From Candidatus Nanopelagicaceae bacterium (GTDB lineage Bacteria; Actinomycetota; Actinomycetes; Nanopelagicales; Nanopelagicaceae): a DNA stretch of 64,000 bases. How positions within the stretch are numbered: position 1 is the stretch's first letter; every line of letters begins with the position of its first letter. The stretch covers positions 1,608-65,607 of the forward strand of contig VERH01000002.1 of assembly GCA_018882735.1 (NCBI GenBank), given 5' to 3'. The notes under the pieces are model-generated. The model searched no databases, had not been told where the DNA came from, and saw nothing but the letters and a program-made list of their open reading frames with translations. Shown one piece after another: positions 38,167 through 48,941 of the stretch. The translations under genes were made by a program, and so were the position numbers.

Positions 38167-39465
38167 TTAAGGCTTTACTTCCGTGCTACCGCGCTCCACC
38201 AGAACTGTTCCAATTCGGTGGCGTCTACCAACTGGACGTTCTGCGGTGATTTTCCAACCGCTAAGTTCAATTTCGCTACCGGGGATAGGTACTCGACCTA
38301 ACAATTTGGCCATGTAACCACCAACCGTATCCACTTCTTCAAGTTCATCTTTTTCAAACTCAATATCTAGGTGATCGGCTAAGTCTTCAATATGAAGTCG
38401 CGCCGAGACTCGAGCTTTCTTGCCCTCCTCGAGCCATTCAATCTCCTCCAGATCATCGTCATATTCATCAGCGATCTCACCGACGATTTCTTCGAGCAGA
38501 TCTTCGATAGTGATTAGGCCTGCGGTGCCGCCATACTCATCAACAACGATTGCCAGGTGAATCTGGTCGCGCTGCATCTCCTTTAATAGCTCCGCTGCTG
38601 TCTTGGTTTCAGGAATAAAGGTGGCGGGCCGGACATGATCTAAGACCAATTCAGTCTGTTCTGATTCACGATATTCATGGGTCCGCTTTGCTAAATCTTT
38701 TACATAGGCGATTCCTATGATGGTATCGAGATTCTCGCCAATTACCGGAATTCTCGTGAACCCAGACCTAAGGGCAAGGGAAAGTCCTTGGCGGAGATTC
38801 TTACTTCCTTCAATCCAAACCATCTCAGTTCGAGGAACCATCAACTCACGCACCAAGGTATCGCCCAACTCAAAGACTGAGTGGATCATCTCGTGCTCTG
38901 ACTCTTCAACTAGTCCACGTTCGTGGGCTTGATCTACCAAATCTCGAAGTTCGGCTTCGTTAGCAAACGGACCAGTCTTAAAACCTTTTCCGGGAGTTAT
39001 GGCATTTCCAATTGCAATAAGAAGAGTTGTTATTGGTCCGAGAATCTTGGAGAGAATTACCGCAGTTATGCTCGCAGGCACTATCCAAGCTCCGGCATGT
39101 TGCTTACCTAGAGTTCTCGGGCCAACTCCAACTACAACAAATGAGAGCACTAACATCGCACCGACTGAGACGCTCATCGCAACCGCTAAGGAATCGAAGA
39201 GATCAATCAACGCCTCCGCCACAATTACAGTCGCAGTCAATTCAGCAGCTTTTCTAACAAACAAGACGACATTTAAATATCGTGCAGGCTCAGAGAGAAC
39301 TCGTTGGACCCAGGCGGCTCGCTTTGAGGACTTACTTTCAAGTTCTTCAACAAAGACCCGGGAAATCGAATTTATCGCGCTCTCGCTTCCAGCCAGAAAA
39401 CCAGCAAAGAGGAGTAACGCAACAACGACTGTAATGACTAGAGCGCTCACGCTTGAATCCGCCAA
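38167..39465 (-). CDS. HlyC/CorC-family transporter (DUF21 membrane domain + CBS pair + CorC_HlyC domain)
   Basis: The 432-aa ORF has 4 N-terminal TM helices, a CBS region (VMVPRTEMVWIE...IPVIGENLDTIIGIAYVKDL) and VDEYGGTAGLITIEDLLEEIVGEI. Confidence 0.9.
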   Translation of the reverse strand: MADSSVSALVITVVVALLLFAGFLAGSESAINSISRVFVEELESKSSKRAAWVQRVLSEPARYLNVVLFVRKAAELTATVIVAEALIDLFDSLAVAMSVSVGAMLVLSFVVVGVGPRTLGKQHAGAWIVPASITAVILSKILGPITTLLIAIGNAITPGKGFKTGPFANEAELRDLVDQAHERGLVEESEHEMIHSVFELGDTLVRELMVPRTEMVWIEGSKNLRQGLSLALRSGFTRIPVIGENLDTIIGIAYVKDLAKRTHEYRESEQTELVLDHVRPATFIPETKTAAELLKEMQRDQIHLAIVVDEYGGTAGLITIEDLLEEIVGEIADEYDDDLEEIEWLEEGKKARVSARLHIEDLADHLDIEFEKDELEEVDTVGGYMAKLLGRVPIPGSEIELSGWKITAERPVGRRHRIGTVLVERGSTEVKP

Positions 39466-39908
39466 CCTTTCAGGTAATCATCTTGTAGGGAGAACATGAT
39501 TTCTTTCTCTTCACTCTCGCGATGGTCGTAGCCGAGTAGGTGAAGCACGCCATGAATAGTTAATAGCTCTAGCTCTTCTTGCAATGAGTGGCCCGCTTCT
39601 TTTGCTTGGTTCTGGGCATAACTTGGACAGAGAACGATATCGCCGAGGACGCCCGGTCCATCAGTTGCTGAATTTGGCTTCATTTCATCCATCGGAAATG
39701 AGAGGACATCGGTCGCGCCTGGTTCATCCATCCACTGAAGGTGCAGAGTACTCATCTCGGATTCATCAACAATAGAGATGCTCAGCTCTGAATCTGGATG
39801 AATTCCCAGGCGTTCCAATGAATATTTAGCAACGCCCTTGATTCGTCCCTCGTCACACTTCACGGTAGCAAGGTTTGTAATTTCTATATTCATAACGCCA
39901 ACAGTCAA
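39447..39908 (-). CDS. ybeY: rRNA maturation endoribonuclease YbeY
   Basis: The 153-aa ORF has the Zn motif HGVLHLLGYDH. Confidence 0.94.
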   Translation of the reverse strand: MTVGVMNIEITNLATVKCDEGRIKGVAKYSLERLGIHPDSELSISIVDESEMSTLHLQWMDEPGATDVLSFPMDEMKPNSATDGPGVLGDIVLCPSYAQNQAKEAGHSLQEELELLTIHGVLHLLGYDHRESEEKEIMFSLQDDYLKGWRIQA

Positions 39909-39917
39909 AGACTGCGG

Positions 39918-40940
39918 TTAGCGATCACTCCTTAGCGAGCGTGGCTTATTGGCGCGGCGCGCAGCGCGATTTCCATCTACTTGCGAATCAAATCTTCCAT
40001 AGGCATCGACAATCTCACTTACCAATCTATGGCGTACAACATCTTCAGAGGTTAGATCCATGAAAGAGATATCGGCTATTCCCTCCAAGATAGAACGGAC
40101 GATTTGGAGTCCTGATTCCTGATGATTGGGAAGATCGATCTGGGTGATATCCCCGGTCACGACCATCTTCGATCCAAAACCCAAACGAGTTAGGAACATC
40201 TTCATCTGTTCGGGAGAAGTGTTCTGGGCCTCATCGAGAATTATGTATGAATCATTTAGCGTTCGACCGCGCATGTAAGCAAGCGGAGCAACTTCAATAG
40301 TCCCAGAAGACATCAATCGAGGAATCGCATCTGGATCGAGCATGTCATGAAGCGCATCAAAAAGCGGACGAAGATATGGATCGATCTTTTCGTGAAGAGT
40401 TCCTGGTAGAAAGCCCAGCCGCTCGCCAGCTTCTACGGCAGGGCGAGTGAGAATGATTCGATTGACTTGCTTTGATTGAAGCGCCTGAACTGCCTTCGCC
40501 ATCGCAAGATAGGTCTTTCCAGTTCCTGCTGGGCCAATTCCAAAGGTAATTGTGTTCTTATCTATGGCATCGACATAGCGCTTCTGATTCACCGTCTTTG
40601 GCCGGATCGTCTTGCCGCGATTGCTAAGAATATTTAGCGTCAAAACTTCAGCAGGGGTTTCATTTCCATCACCGAGAATCATCGCAATAGAGCGGCGAAC
40701 TGCATCATCACTTAAAGGTTGTCCGGCGCGAACGACCGATAGAAAATTCGCCACAAGTTTCTGGACGTTCTGGACCGAACCAGTTGGGCCGCGAAGAATT
40801 ACCTCGTTGCCTCGGACGGTGACGGCTACCTCCGGAAATGACTTTTCAATAGCTCGGATGTAGGAATCATTTGGTCCAGTTAAGGCAACGCTTGGAATAT
40901 CTTCGGGAAGCGTCAGAACCGTTCTCTCCATTAAACCCAT
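39918..40940 (-). CDS. phoH: PhoH-family ATPase
   Basis: It has the Walker A motif GPAGTGKTYLA and ILDEAQN. I prefer the ATG at 40938-40940 (MGLMERTV). The longer track ORF (to 41051) would overlap the HIT gene by 80 nt. Confidence 0.9.
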   Translation of the reverse strand: MGLMERTVLTLPEDIPSVALTGPNDSYIRAIEKSFPEVAVTVRGNEVILRGPTGSVQNVQKLVANFLSVVRAGQPLSDDAVRRSIAMILGDGNETPAEVLTLNILSNRGKTIRPKTVNQKRYVDAIDKNTITFGIGPAGTGKTYLAMAKAVQALQSKQVNRIILTRPAVEAGERLGFLPGTLHEKIDPYLRPLFDALHDMLDPDAIPRLMSSGTIEVAPLAYMRGRTLNDSYIILDEAQNTSPEQMKMFLTRLGFGSKMVVTGDITQIDLPNHQESGLQIVRSILEGIADISFMDLTSEDVVRHRLVSEIVDAYGRFDSQVDGNRAARRANKPRSLRSDR

Positions 40941-40971
40941 TCTAGCCCGGGTGCTTCTAGATGCGCCTGCC

Positions 40972-41307
40972 TTAGCCGGGTGGCCAACCGAGCGCTCTTC
41001 CGCCAAGGAGATGTAAATGAGCGTGAAATACGGATTGTCCTGCAGCCTCACCGGTATTGAAGACGGTTCGATAGCCCGGCAAATTCAATTCGATAGCCAA
41101 TTTCTTAGCTGCCTTAAATAGTTCGGCGAGCGCGTTTGGTTGCATTTCTGCAAGTTCGGCGGCGTTCTCCACATGTATTTTCGGAACAATCAAAATGTGA
41201 GTTGGGGCTTGTGGATTTAGATCTGGAAATGCAACTACATCTTCAGTATTGAGTAGTAAGTTTGCTGGAATCTCGCCGGCAATAATTTTACAAAATATGC
41301 AGTTCAT
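40972..41307 (-). CDS. HIT-family (histidine triad) protein
   Basis: The 111-aa ORF has MNCIFCKIIAGEIPA and the triad HAHLHLLGG. Confidence 0.92.
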   Translation of the reverse strand: MNCIFCKIIAGEIPANLLLNTEDVVAFPDLNPQAPTHILIVPKIHVENAAELAEMQPNALAELFKAAKKLAIELNLPGYRTVFNTGEAAGQSVFHAHLHLLGGRALGWPPG

Positions 41308-41316
41308 GAATGAGTT

Positions 41317-42039
41317 CTACCAGATTCCGAATCCACTTTGAACAGCGGCAAGTGCTGCGACTCCAGCATGCGCGGAGCGAAATACCGGTTTGCCTAGAAC
41401 TACAGATTGTGCTCCCGCTTTCTCAAAGAGCGCCGCTTCATCATCAGATATTCCACCCTCAGGCCCAATAATTAGATTTATTTCACGGGGCGGTTTTCCT
41501 TTTACGACTTGAGAGAATTTGTTCGCGCCGGCTTCATGAAGCATTAACGAAAATTCACTATCTTCGATCCGCTCTTTGACTTGTGAGGTTGAGTGAATAT
41601 CTAAGACCTGTGGAATCCAGGTCCGACGCGACTGCTTGGTTGCCTCCCGGGCCCATGAGCGCCATTTTGAGAGCGCATCTTTATCTTCTTTCCATTGTCC
41701 AATGGAGCGCGAAGCAGACCACGGAATGATGATGTCAGCGCCACCTTCAGTTAGAAGTTCAAGAGTCTCTCGCGCTCGATCCCCCTTAGTGAGAGCTTGA
41801 ATAACGATAAGAATTATCTTCGACCTTGGCTCATCAACTACCTCCAAGATGCGACAACCAATATTCCGCTTGTTTATATCTAGTACTTCGACCTCGGCGC
41901 GACGACCCGCACCATTTGTTACTAATACCCGCTCGCCCACTTTGACTCGGGATGCCGTAGCTGCGTGATGCGCCTCATCTCCCTCTATGACTAGATCGCC
42001 ACGATCAGGAATATTCTCGACGATAAATAAGGGAAGCAT
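41317..42039 (-). CDS. rsmE: 16S rRNA (uracil1498-N3)-methyltransferase RsmE
   Basis: The 240-aa ORF has HHAATASRVKVGERV (PUA-like) and a C-terminal SPOUT region GPEGGISDDE...VLGKPVFRSAHAG. Confidence 0.88.
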   Translation of the reverse strand: MLPLFIVENIPDRGDLVIEGDEAHHAATASRVKVGERVLVTNGAGRRAEVEVLDINKRNIGCRILEVVDEPRSKIILIVIQALTKGDRARETLELLTEGGADIIIPWSASRSIGQWKEDKDALSKWRSWAREATKQSRRTWIPQVLDIHSTSQVKERIEDSEFSLMLHEAGANKFSQVVKGKPPREINLIIGPEGGISDDEAALFEKAGAQSVVLGKPVFRSAHAGVAALAAVQSGFGIW

Positions 42040-43149
42040 CTATCCTCTAAACGCCTCTTTGAATTTAGCAAACAGACTTGAGTCACTATTTCTTCGAACT
42101 TGACCACCAATTGTCTTCTCGCCTCGTAACTGCGCGAATGACTTGAGTAGTTCGGACTCAGCTTTAGAAAGCTTGGTAGGAATCTCTACATTTATATGTA
42201 CAAACAAGTCGCCGCGCGTACCACTTCGAAGTCGCGTCATACCCTTACCTTTAACCGGGATCATCTCACCGCTCTGGGTTCCAGGCTTAACTTCAACTTC
42301 AATCTCCCCGTCGAGAGTTTCAACTTTCATCTTTGTTCCCAAGGCTGCCCCAGTCATCGGAACATTTAGTTGGAGATGCAGGTTCTCACCATCGCGCACT
42401 AAGAAATCATGGTCCGCCACGATAATTTCTACATATAGATCTCCGGCTGGGCCACCACCAGCACCAACTTCTGCCTGGCCACTTAACTGAATGCGATTTC
42501 CAGTTTCTACACCAGCAGGAATCTTGATATCGATATTGCGTTTTGCTCGAACTCGTCCATCGCCGGCGCACTCCCGACATGGATTTGGAATTACTGTTCC
42601 AAAGCCCTGACAGGTACCGCAGGGTCTTGAGGTCATGACTTGTCCGATAAATGAACGAGTTACTTGTTGGACTTCGCCTCTGCCTTTACAGATATCGCAA
42701 GTGCGCGGTGAGCTGCCGGATTCACAACCATCGCCACCACACTTGTCACAAATAACGGCGGTCTCTACTCCGATTGACTTTGAAACTCCAAAGCAAGCTT
42801 GATTTAAATCAATTTCAACCCTAATCAGCGCATCTTGGCCTTGGCGCATTCTTGGGCGTGGACCTCTTGGCGCACCACCGCCACCAAAAAACGCATCCAT
42901 GATGTCGCTAAAACCACCAAAGCCACCACCTAATCCGGAGAATCCATCGCCACCGCGATCATAAGAACTTCGCTTATCTGGATCACTTAGTACTTCATAA
43001 GCAGCCGTAACTTCTTTGAAACGATCTTGAACTTTTGGGTCCGGGTTAACATCTGGATGCATTTCCCGCGCCAATTTGCGGTAGGCCCGTTTAATCTCAT
43101 CATAGGACGCGCCTCTATCGACGCCGAGCGTCATGTAATGATCAGCCAT
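42040..43149 (-). CDS. dnaJ: molecular chaperone DnaJ
   Basis: The 369-aa ORF has a J domain (HPDVNPD), a G/F region, and four CxxCxGxG zinc motifs. Confidence 0.96.
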   Translation of the reverse strand: MADHYMTLGVDRGASYDEIKRAYRKLAREMHPDVNPDPKVQDRFKEVTAAYEVLSDPDKRSSYDRGGDGFSGLGGGFGGFSDIMDAFFGGGGAPRGPRPRMRQGQDALIRVEIDLNQACFGVSKSIGVETAVICDKCGGDGCESGSSPRTCDICKGRGEVQQVTRSFIGQVMTSRPCGTCQGFGTVIPNPCRECAGDGRVRAKRNIDIKIPAGVETGNRIQLSGQAEVGAGGGPAGDLYVEIIVADHDFLVRDGENLHLQLNVPMTGAALGTKMKVETLDGEIEVEVKPGTQSGEMIPVKGKGMTRLRSGTRGDLFVHINVEIPTKLSKAESELLKSFAQLRGEKTIGGQVRRNSDSSLFAKFKEAFRG

Positions 43150-44198
43150 TATCTACCCTCGGTTATAAATCGACCTACGTAGCGAGCAACAGCTTGGACC
43201 GCTGACATAGATGCGGAGTAGTCCATCCGCGTAGGGCCAATAACGCCAAGCGCGCCCAAGGAATTCCCATCATCGCCATATCCAATACTTACCAAGCTCG
43301 TGCTCTTTAAGCTCTTATCTGGTTGCTCAGTTCCGATTCGAATCCGCATCGAATCACTTGAATCGCTTAGTAGACGAAGAAGAACGACTTGTTCCTCTAG
43401 CGCCTCAAGAACAGCATGGATATCAGAGGATGAGGCATCGCCAGATCTCGCCAAATTTGCAGTTCCAGCAATTGCAACTCTCTCTTCGGCTCGCTCGAGC
43501 GACATCTCAATCAAGTTAGAAATTATCAAAGCAACTGAAGTTCGTTCATTCCGTGGGAAGGCCTCAAGAAGACTTTCAAGTGAGCCCGAAACATCAGCCA
43601 TATTCCGACCTGCTACGACGGAATTGAGTCGATTCTTCAACTCTCCGAGCATTTGATCTGTGATTGGATGTGGGAGTTCGAGCACTCGTTGCTCCACGCG
43701 TCCAGTATTAGTAATCAATACCAACATGATTCGACTCTGATTTAACGCAACCAATTCGATATGACGGACTTTTGATTTAGTAATTGATGGATATTGAACG
43801 ACCGCGACCTGTTTCGTGACTTGAGCAAGTAGGCGAACCGTGCGCATGACCACATCATCTAAGTCATGTGCACCTTCTAAGAAAGTCTCAATAGCGCGAC
43901 GTTCCGCAGTTGAAAGCGGCTTTACCTTCGCCAACTTATCTACAAATATCCGATAACCCTTATCGGTGGGGATGCGCCCTGCGCTGGTGTGTGGCTGAGT
44001 GATTAACCCCGCACTTTCCAAAACTGACATTTCATTTCGAATAGTTGCTGATGAAATTCCAAGTCCATGACGTTCTGCGATTGCGCGGGAGCCAACCGGC
44101 TCTTCTGTAGCGACATACTCATCGACAATCGCACGCAAAATTTCTAGCTGGCGCGCTTCGATATTGGATTCTTTATTCAAGTCTTTATTTAGGGCCAT
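43149..44198 (-). CDS. hrcA: heat-inducible transcription repressor HrcA
   Basis: It has [26 protein letters not shown] and the C-terminal [14 protein letters not shown] prefer the ATG at 44196-44198 (MALNKD), 11 nt after the upstream gene's stop. The track start is 44231. Confidence 0.92.
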   Translation of the reverse strand: MALNKDLNKESNIEARQLEILRAIVDEYVATEEPVGSRAIAERHGLGISSATIRNEMSVLESAGLITQPHTSAGRIPTDKGYRIFVDKLAKVKPLSTAERRAIETFLEGAHDLDDVVMRTVRLLAQVTKQVAVVQYPSITKSKVRHIELVALNQSRIMLVLITNTGRVEQRVLELPHPITDQMLGELKNRLNSVVAGRNMADVSGSLESLLEAFPRNERTSVALIISNLIEMSLERAEERVAIAGTANLARSGDASSSDIHAVLEALEEQVVLLRLLSDSSDSMRIRIGTEQPDKSLKSTSLVSIGYGDDGNSLGALGVIGPTRMDYSASMSAVQAVARYVGRFITEGR

Positions 44199-44211
44199 AA
44201 ATCCGCTACCC

Positions 44212-44556
44212 CTAGATAGTGGCGATCCCAAAGGTGGTCAGAATCAATAACAGCATTGCAGGAAAGGCGGTCTTTGCCTTGTTCGCACGGAAGTGGAAGA
44301 AGATTGCTCCAGCCATAATCACCCAGAGGAAAATAAAGCCGTAGATTTTCAAATCCTTGTTCACAAGCGCGAAGCCAATCACCAGGCTTAGAGCAGCCAG
44401 CGTCTCAAGCATGCCTACTAAACGCGCAAAGCCATCTGGAAAGTTAATATCCCTAGTTCCAGAGAGGCCGGCAGAGGAGCCACTCGCTTTTGATAGCCCA
44501 GCGATGAGAAAGATGACGGCGAGCAACAGGGTGATTACGGTATGGGCGGTTTGCAT
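44212..44556 (-). CDS. DoxX-like small membrane protein
   Basis: The 114-aa ORF has 4 hydrophobic helices. Its N-terminal [13 protein letters not shown] and C-terminal GAIFFHF pattern is reminiscent of the DoxX family. Confidence 0.55.
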   Translation of the reverse strand: MQTAHTVITLLLAVIFLIAGLSKASGSSAGLSGTRDINFPDGFARLVGMLETLAALSLVIGFALVNKDLKIYGFIFLWVIMAGAIFFHFRANKAKTAFPAMLLLILTTFGIATI

Positions 44557-44570
44557 AGGAAGTGAAGTTA

Positions 44571-45746
44571 CTACACCAGCATTTCGCGCACGATTCGATC
44601 TGCTATCAGTCGCCCAGTTCTAGTCAGGACAAGATGACCCGCATCCCAGTTAGCGCCCTCAATGTGCCCGGAATCTCGATACTTGGAGACCCTTGCCAAC
44701 TCTTCTTGGGTTAGGTCGTTGAGTGATATTCCCTCGCTCATACGAATCTGGAGCATTACAAATTCATCCCGTTTATTGACTTCGGAGAGTAACTCGTTAC
44801 TAGCCTCTGGTGATTTACCGCTAGTCAACGCGTTCTGATATGTGTTGGGATGCTTCACATTCCACCAACGTTTCCCCGCGAAATATGAGTGCGCGCCGGG
44901 GCCTACTCCCCACCATTGCGATCCGTTCCAATACGTGATGTTGTGACGACACGCTCCGCCAGGCTTTGCCCAATTACTCAACTCATACCAAGCAAACCCT
45001 CTCTGTTCAGCTGCTTCATCAAATATTAAATATTTCTCAGCCGTCTCGTCATCGGGTGGAATCTTCAACTCCCCTCGCTTCACGCGCGCTGCCAGCTTTG
45101 TGCCGGTCTCGACGATGAGCGCATATGCGCTGATGTGATCAATTGGAAGTGCGAGCGCTTGCTCATAAGAAATCTTCCAATCTTCAATAGATTCTCCAGG
45201 AACACCATAAATCAAATCAACACTTAGGTGAGCTATTCCGGAATCGTTGACAAGTTGGCATGCTCTTTCAACATTTTCAGGATTATGCGTGCGATCTAAA
45301 GCAGCTAAGACATGTGGAACTGCTGATTGCATACCAAGAGAGATTCGATTCACTCCAGCGGCGACGAGCTCATCGAGATAACTAGCTGACAAAGTGTCGG
45401 GATTGGCCTCGAGGGTTATCTCGGCTCCTTCTTCAAGGTGGAACTCTTGCCGGATTTTGCTAATTACTCGGGTAATTTCTGCACTAGGCATCAGCGAAGG
45501 AGTGCCACCACCGAAGAAGATGGTAGGAACATCAACAGCGCCAACGCGCTTCTTGGCTATTTCAATCTCACGCAAAACCGCGTCTATGTAAGGAGTGGTG
45601 ATTAGGGATAGGTTTGCAGAGTTGAGTTCCTGGGGCGTGTAAGTATTGAAATCACAGTACCCACAGCGCTTTACGCAATACGGGATATGGATGTAGAACG
45701 AGAGCGCGTTTGCAGCGCTACTTCTTGGTCTTTCCACTTTCGCCAT
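44571..45746 (-). CDS. hemW: radical SAM family heme chaperone HemW (HemN-like, oxygen-independent coproporphyrinogen oxidase family)
   Basis: It has [16 protein letters not shown] (the CxxxCxxC cluster) and the HemN C-terminal domain. The start is ambiguous between 45746 and 45794, and both lie inside the lepA 3' end. Confidence 0.9.
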   Translation of the reverse strand: MAKVERPRSSAANALSFYIHIPYCVKRCGYCDFNTYTPQELNSANLSLITTPYIDAVLREIEIAKKRVGAVDVPTIFFGGGTPSLMPSAEITRVISKIRQEFHLEEGAEITLEANPDTLSASYLDELVAAGVNRISLGMQSAVPHVLAALDRTHNPENVERACQLVNDSGIAHLSVDLIYGVPGESIEDWKISYEQALALPIDHISAYALIVETGTKLAARVKRGELKIPPDDETAEKYLIFDEAAEQRGFAWYELSNWAKPGGACRHNITYWNGSQWWGVGPGAHSYFAGKRWWNVKHPNTYQNALTSGKSPEASNELLSEVNKRDEFVMLQIRMSEGISLNDLTQEELARVSKYRDSGHIEGANWDAGHLVLTRTGRLIADRIVREMLV

Positions 45747-47586
45747 CCGAGTTTGTGGAGAGCGCTGCGATAAAGGCTTCCTGTGGGACCTCAACTTTGC
45801 CCACCATCTTCATTCGCTTCTTGCCCTCTTTCTGTTTCTCTAGGAGTTTACGCTTTCGAGTGATATCGCCACCGTAACACTTTGCTAGAACATCTTTTCT
45901 GATTGCACGAATATTTTCGCGGGCAATTATCTTCGCGCCAATAGCGGCCTGGATTGGTACTTCGAATTGCTGCCTTGGGATCAACTCGCGCAATTTGGTA
46001 GTCATCATTACGCCATATGGATAAGACTTATCACGGTGCACGATTGAGCTAAATGCATCAACGGTATCGCCTTGTAGAAGGATGTCGACTTTTACAAGAT
46101 CGCCTTCTGCTTCCCCAATAGGTTCATAATCCAACGATGCATAACCCTTTGTGCGAGATTTAAGTTGGTCAAAAAAGTCAAAGACAATCTCTGCGAGAGG
46201 AAGGGTGTAGCGAATCTCAACGCGATCCTCAGAAAGATAATCCATACCACCTAGAGTCCCGCGACGAGACTGGCAGAGCTCCATAATGGTTCCGATGTAA
46301 TCGGAGGGCGAGAGAATTGTTGCCTTAACGATTGGCTCTAAAACTCTAGCGACTTTTCCATTTGGATACTCGCTCGGGTTAGTTACGATCTTTTCGCTGC
46401 CATCTTCGAGAAATACTCGGTAAACCACGTTGGGAGCAGTCGAGATTAGTGAGAGATTAAACTCGCGCTCGAGTCGTTCGCGCACTATCTCCATATGAAG
46501 TAGACCTAAGAAGCCGCACCTAAAGCCGAACCCAAGTGCTACTGAGGTTTCTGGTTCATAGACAAGCGCAGCATCATTTAGCTGTAACTTATCTAGCGCA
46601 TCTCGGAGAATTGGATAGTCATCGCCATCGATTGGATAGAGGCCGGAGAAAACCATCGGCCTTGGATCTTTATATCCAGCAAGCGCTTCTTTAGCGGGGT
46701 TGTGATACGAAGTAACGGTATCGCCGACTCTTGAGAGGCGAACATCCTTAACGCCAGTAATCAAGTAGCCCACTTCGCCGACGCCAATTCCAGCGCTAGA
46801 TACTGGTTCTGGAGAGATAACTCCGATATCCAGTAGTTCATGGCGAACACCAGTAGAAACCATCTGAATCTGCTCACGCGGTGAAAGTTTTCCATCGAAT
46901 ACGCGCACATAAGTGACTACGCCTCTATATGTGTCGTATACCGAGTCAAAGATAAGTGCGCGCGCTGGAGCATCTGCAGAACCTTTAGGAGCTGGAATCT
47001 GGGCAACGATTTGATCAAGCAGTTCTTCCACTCCTGCACCAGTTTTTCCTGATACACGTAGACAGTCGGATGGTTTACATCCAACAAGTTTGGCGAGTTC
47101 TTCTGCAAACTTATCTGGTTGCGCAGCCGGTAAATCAATCTTATTTAAAACCGGAATTATGGTGAGGTCGTTCTCCATCGCTAGATAGAGATTTGCCAGA
47201 GTCTGGGCTTCAATTCCTTGGGCGCAATCCACCAAGAGAATCGCACCTTCGCACGCGGCAAGAGATCTTGAAACTTCATAAGTGAAATCAACATGGCCCG
47301 GGGTATCGATCATATTGAGAATGTATTCCTTGCCATCTAATCCAGATTTCCATGGAAGGCGAACGGCCTGGCTCTTGATTGTGATGCCACGCTCTCGTTC
47401 AATATCCATGCGATCGAGATATTGCTCGCGCATATTCCGCGCATCAACTACGCCGGTTATTCCAAGCATTCGATCGGCTAAGGTGGACTTGCCATGATCA
47501 ATATGTGCGATGATGCAGAAATTACGAATCTGAGCAGGGTCAGTCTTCGAAGGCTGTGGCGCCTTATTTAATGGAATAGCGGGCAT
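45718..47586 (-). CDS. lepA: translation elongation factor 4 (LepA)
   Basis: The 622-aa ORF has [32 protein letters not shown] and the LepA C-terminal domain. Confidence 0.97.
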   Translation of the reverse strand: MPAIPLNKAPQPSKTDPAQIRNFCIIAHIDHGKSTLADRMLGITGVVDARNMREQYLDRMDIERERGITIKSQAVRLPWKSGLDGKEYILNMIDTPGHVDFTYEVSRSLAACEGAILLVDCAQGIEAQTLANLYLAMENDLTIIPVLNKIDLPAAQPDKFAEELAKLVGCKPSDCLRVSGKTGAGVEELLDQIVAQIPAPKGSADAPARALIFDSVYDTYRGVVTYVRVFDGKLSPREQIQMVSTGVRHELLDIGVISPEPVSSAGIGVGEVGYLITGVKDVRLSRVGDTVTSYHNPAKEALAGYKDPRPMVFSGLYPIDGDDYPILRDALDKLQLNDAALVYEPETSVALGFGFRCGFLGLLHMEIVRERLEREFNLSLISTAPNVVYRVFLEDGSEKIVTNPSEYPNGKVARVLEPIVKATILSPSDYIGTIMELCQSRRGTLGGMDYLSEDRVEIRYTLPLAEIVFDFFDQLKSRTKGYASLDYEPIGEAEGDLVKVDILLQGDTVDAFSSIVHRDKSYPYGVMMTTKLRELIPRQQFEVPIQAAIGAKIIARENIRAIRKDVLAKCYGGDITRKRKLLEKQKEGKKRMKMVGKVEVPQEAFIAALSTNSDGESGKTKK

Positions 47587-47619
47587 CGCTCGTCCGCCTA
47601 GTTCTTATTGATAAAGGGT

Positions 47620-47889
47620 TTAGCGAACGCCGGCTTTATGGGCAGCTTTTGCCATAGCCGACTTCTTGTTCGCAGCTTGGTTGGCATGAATTACGCCCTT
47701 TGAAACCGCAACATCCAACTCACGCGAAGCGCTCTTAAGTTCGGTTGCGATGGTCTTGCTATCGCCTGTGGTTACGGCATCGCGGAAGCGACGAATAGCA
47801 GTCTTAAATGACGAACGGACCGACTTGTTACGAAGTCTTGCCTTCTCGTTGGTCTTGATTCGCTTAATCTGAGACTTGATATTTGCCAC
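47620..47889 (-). CDS. rpsT: 30S ribosomal protein S20
   Basis: The 89-aa ORF reads (M)[25 protein letters not shown], with a GTG start preceded by AAGGAAGG. Confidence 0.95.
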   Translation of the reverse strand: MANIKSQIKRIKTNEKARLRNKSVRSSFKTAIRRFRDAVTTGDSKTIATELKSASRELDVAVSKGVIHANQAANKKSAMAKAAHKAGVR

Positions 47890-47975
47890 GAAACTGCCTT
47901 CCTTTGCCTATCTTCTACAAGCTTGATTACCCGTTTTTACGAGCGCCGAAGGGTATCAGCAGCACCGCAGATGGC

Positions 47976-48941
47976 TCAAACCGAGCCTCCTGAGGCCACA
48001 TTCTTAGCAATCGAAACCATGGCCCGCTCTAAGGCATAGATTGGAGCGGCCTCGCCACCCTTTACGCCGACATCGGCTCTTAGCAACTCTTCAATCGCAA
48101 AAGCGATCATTCCCGGGCGCCATTTTGTTAATTGTCGCCGCGCTTTATCGATCTGCCATGGAGCCAGCCCTAATTTGCCAGCAACCTCGAAGGATTTTGC
48201 GCCCCGAGGAAGATCGGAAACTTTTGCAAGTGCGCGGACCGAGTTAGCTACTGCGGAGACAATCATGACCGGGTCGGTACCAGTATCTAAGGCATTTCTA
48301 AGCGAAATCAAAGTCCCACGAACATCACCGGCAATCACAGCATCGGCAACATCAAATCCGGTGGCTTCAACTCGGCCTTGGTAGTAATTGGCAATATCAC
48401 CTTCATCAATTACCGGTTTGCCGGCATTGGTATCAAAGGAGATTTGGCTACAGGCCGCGGCTAACTCTCTTGTATCACTACCGGTTGCACTCACTAACGC
48501 CGCTACAGCAGCGCTAGAAATCTTCCTTCCATGCCGTGTGAACTCTTGACGAACAAACTCCTCTTTTTCGCTCTGCTTTTTCAAAGGTTCACAGGCGATG
48601 TATTCCGCCTTTAATTTCTTGATCTTCTCAACTAAACCTTTGCCCTTGATGCCACCCTTATGGAGAAAAATTAGATGGGTATTGGGGTCGATCGAATCAA
48701 AACTCTCCAGGATCTCTTCTCCGACTTCGGCTGGAACATCTTGCAAATCCCGCAGAATCACAACGCGCTTTTCTGAGAAGAGCGATGGCGCGATTACTTC
48801 TCCGTAGCGACCCACCTCTAACTCACCGCCATCTAGAGAGGTCCGTTCAAAATCTCTGCGCTCTTCCAATGCTTCACTTAGCGCCCGATCTGAGAGAGCG
48901 GCTTCACCTCCATGAATTAGAAGTAGTGGGTTTAATGCCAT
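47976..48941 (-). CDS. holA: DNA polymerase III subunit delta
   Basis: The roughly 321-aa ORF has a holA-like fold pattern and the conserved comEA-comEC-holA order. I prefer the ATG at 48939-48941 (MALNPLLLIHGGE), which overlaps the comEC stop. The track ORF extends to 49013. Confidence 0.82.
   Translation of the reverse strand: MALNPLLLIHGGEAALSDRALSEALEERRDFERTSLDGGELEVGRYGEVIAPSLFSEKRVVILRDLQDVPAEVGEEILESFDSIDPNTHLIFLHKGGIKGKGLVEKIKKLKAEYIACEPLKKQSEKEEFVRQEFTRHGRKISSAAVAALVSATGSDTRELAAACSQISFDTNAGKPVIDEGDIANYYQGRVEATGFDVADAVIAGDVRGTLISLRNALDTGTDPVMIVSAVANSVRALAKVSDLPRGAKSFEVAGKLGLAPWQIDKARRQLTKWRPGMIAFAIEELLRADVGVKGGEAAPIYALERAMVSIAKNVASGGSV

Noticed and set aside
38999-39499. A 166-aa plus-strand ORF. 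Similar long antisense ORFs occur at 61692-62180, 22764-23240, 14524-14994, 30432-30869 and 17890-18324.
   Set aside because: All lie antisense within well-supported housekeeping genes (corC-like, etfA, recG, ftsY, gpsA, smc) and have shadow-frame composition.
42142-42162. CTTGAGT-agttcgg-ACTCAGC, which resembles the HspR HAIR element (CTTGAGT-N7-ACTCAAG).
   Set aside because: It lies inside the dnaJ coding region near its 3' end rather than in a promoter, and only 5 bp of each arm are truly complementary. It is most likely chance.
44199-44570. I looked for a CIRCE element (TTAGCACTC-N9-GAGTGCTAA) upstream of hrcA-dnaJ.
   Set aside because: I saw no match by eye in the short spacers upstream of hrcA or the DoxX-like gene. 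CIRCE is expected at groES/groEL promoters, which are outside this window.
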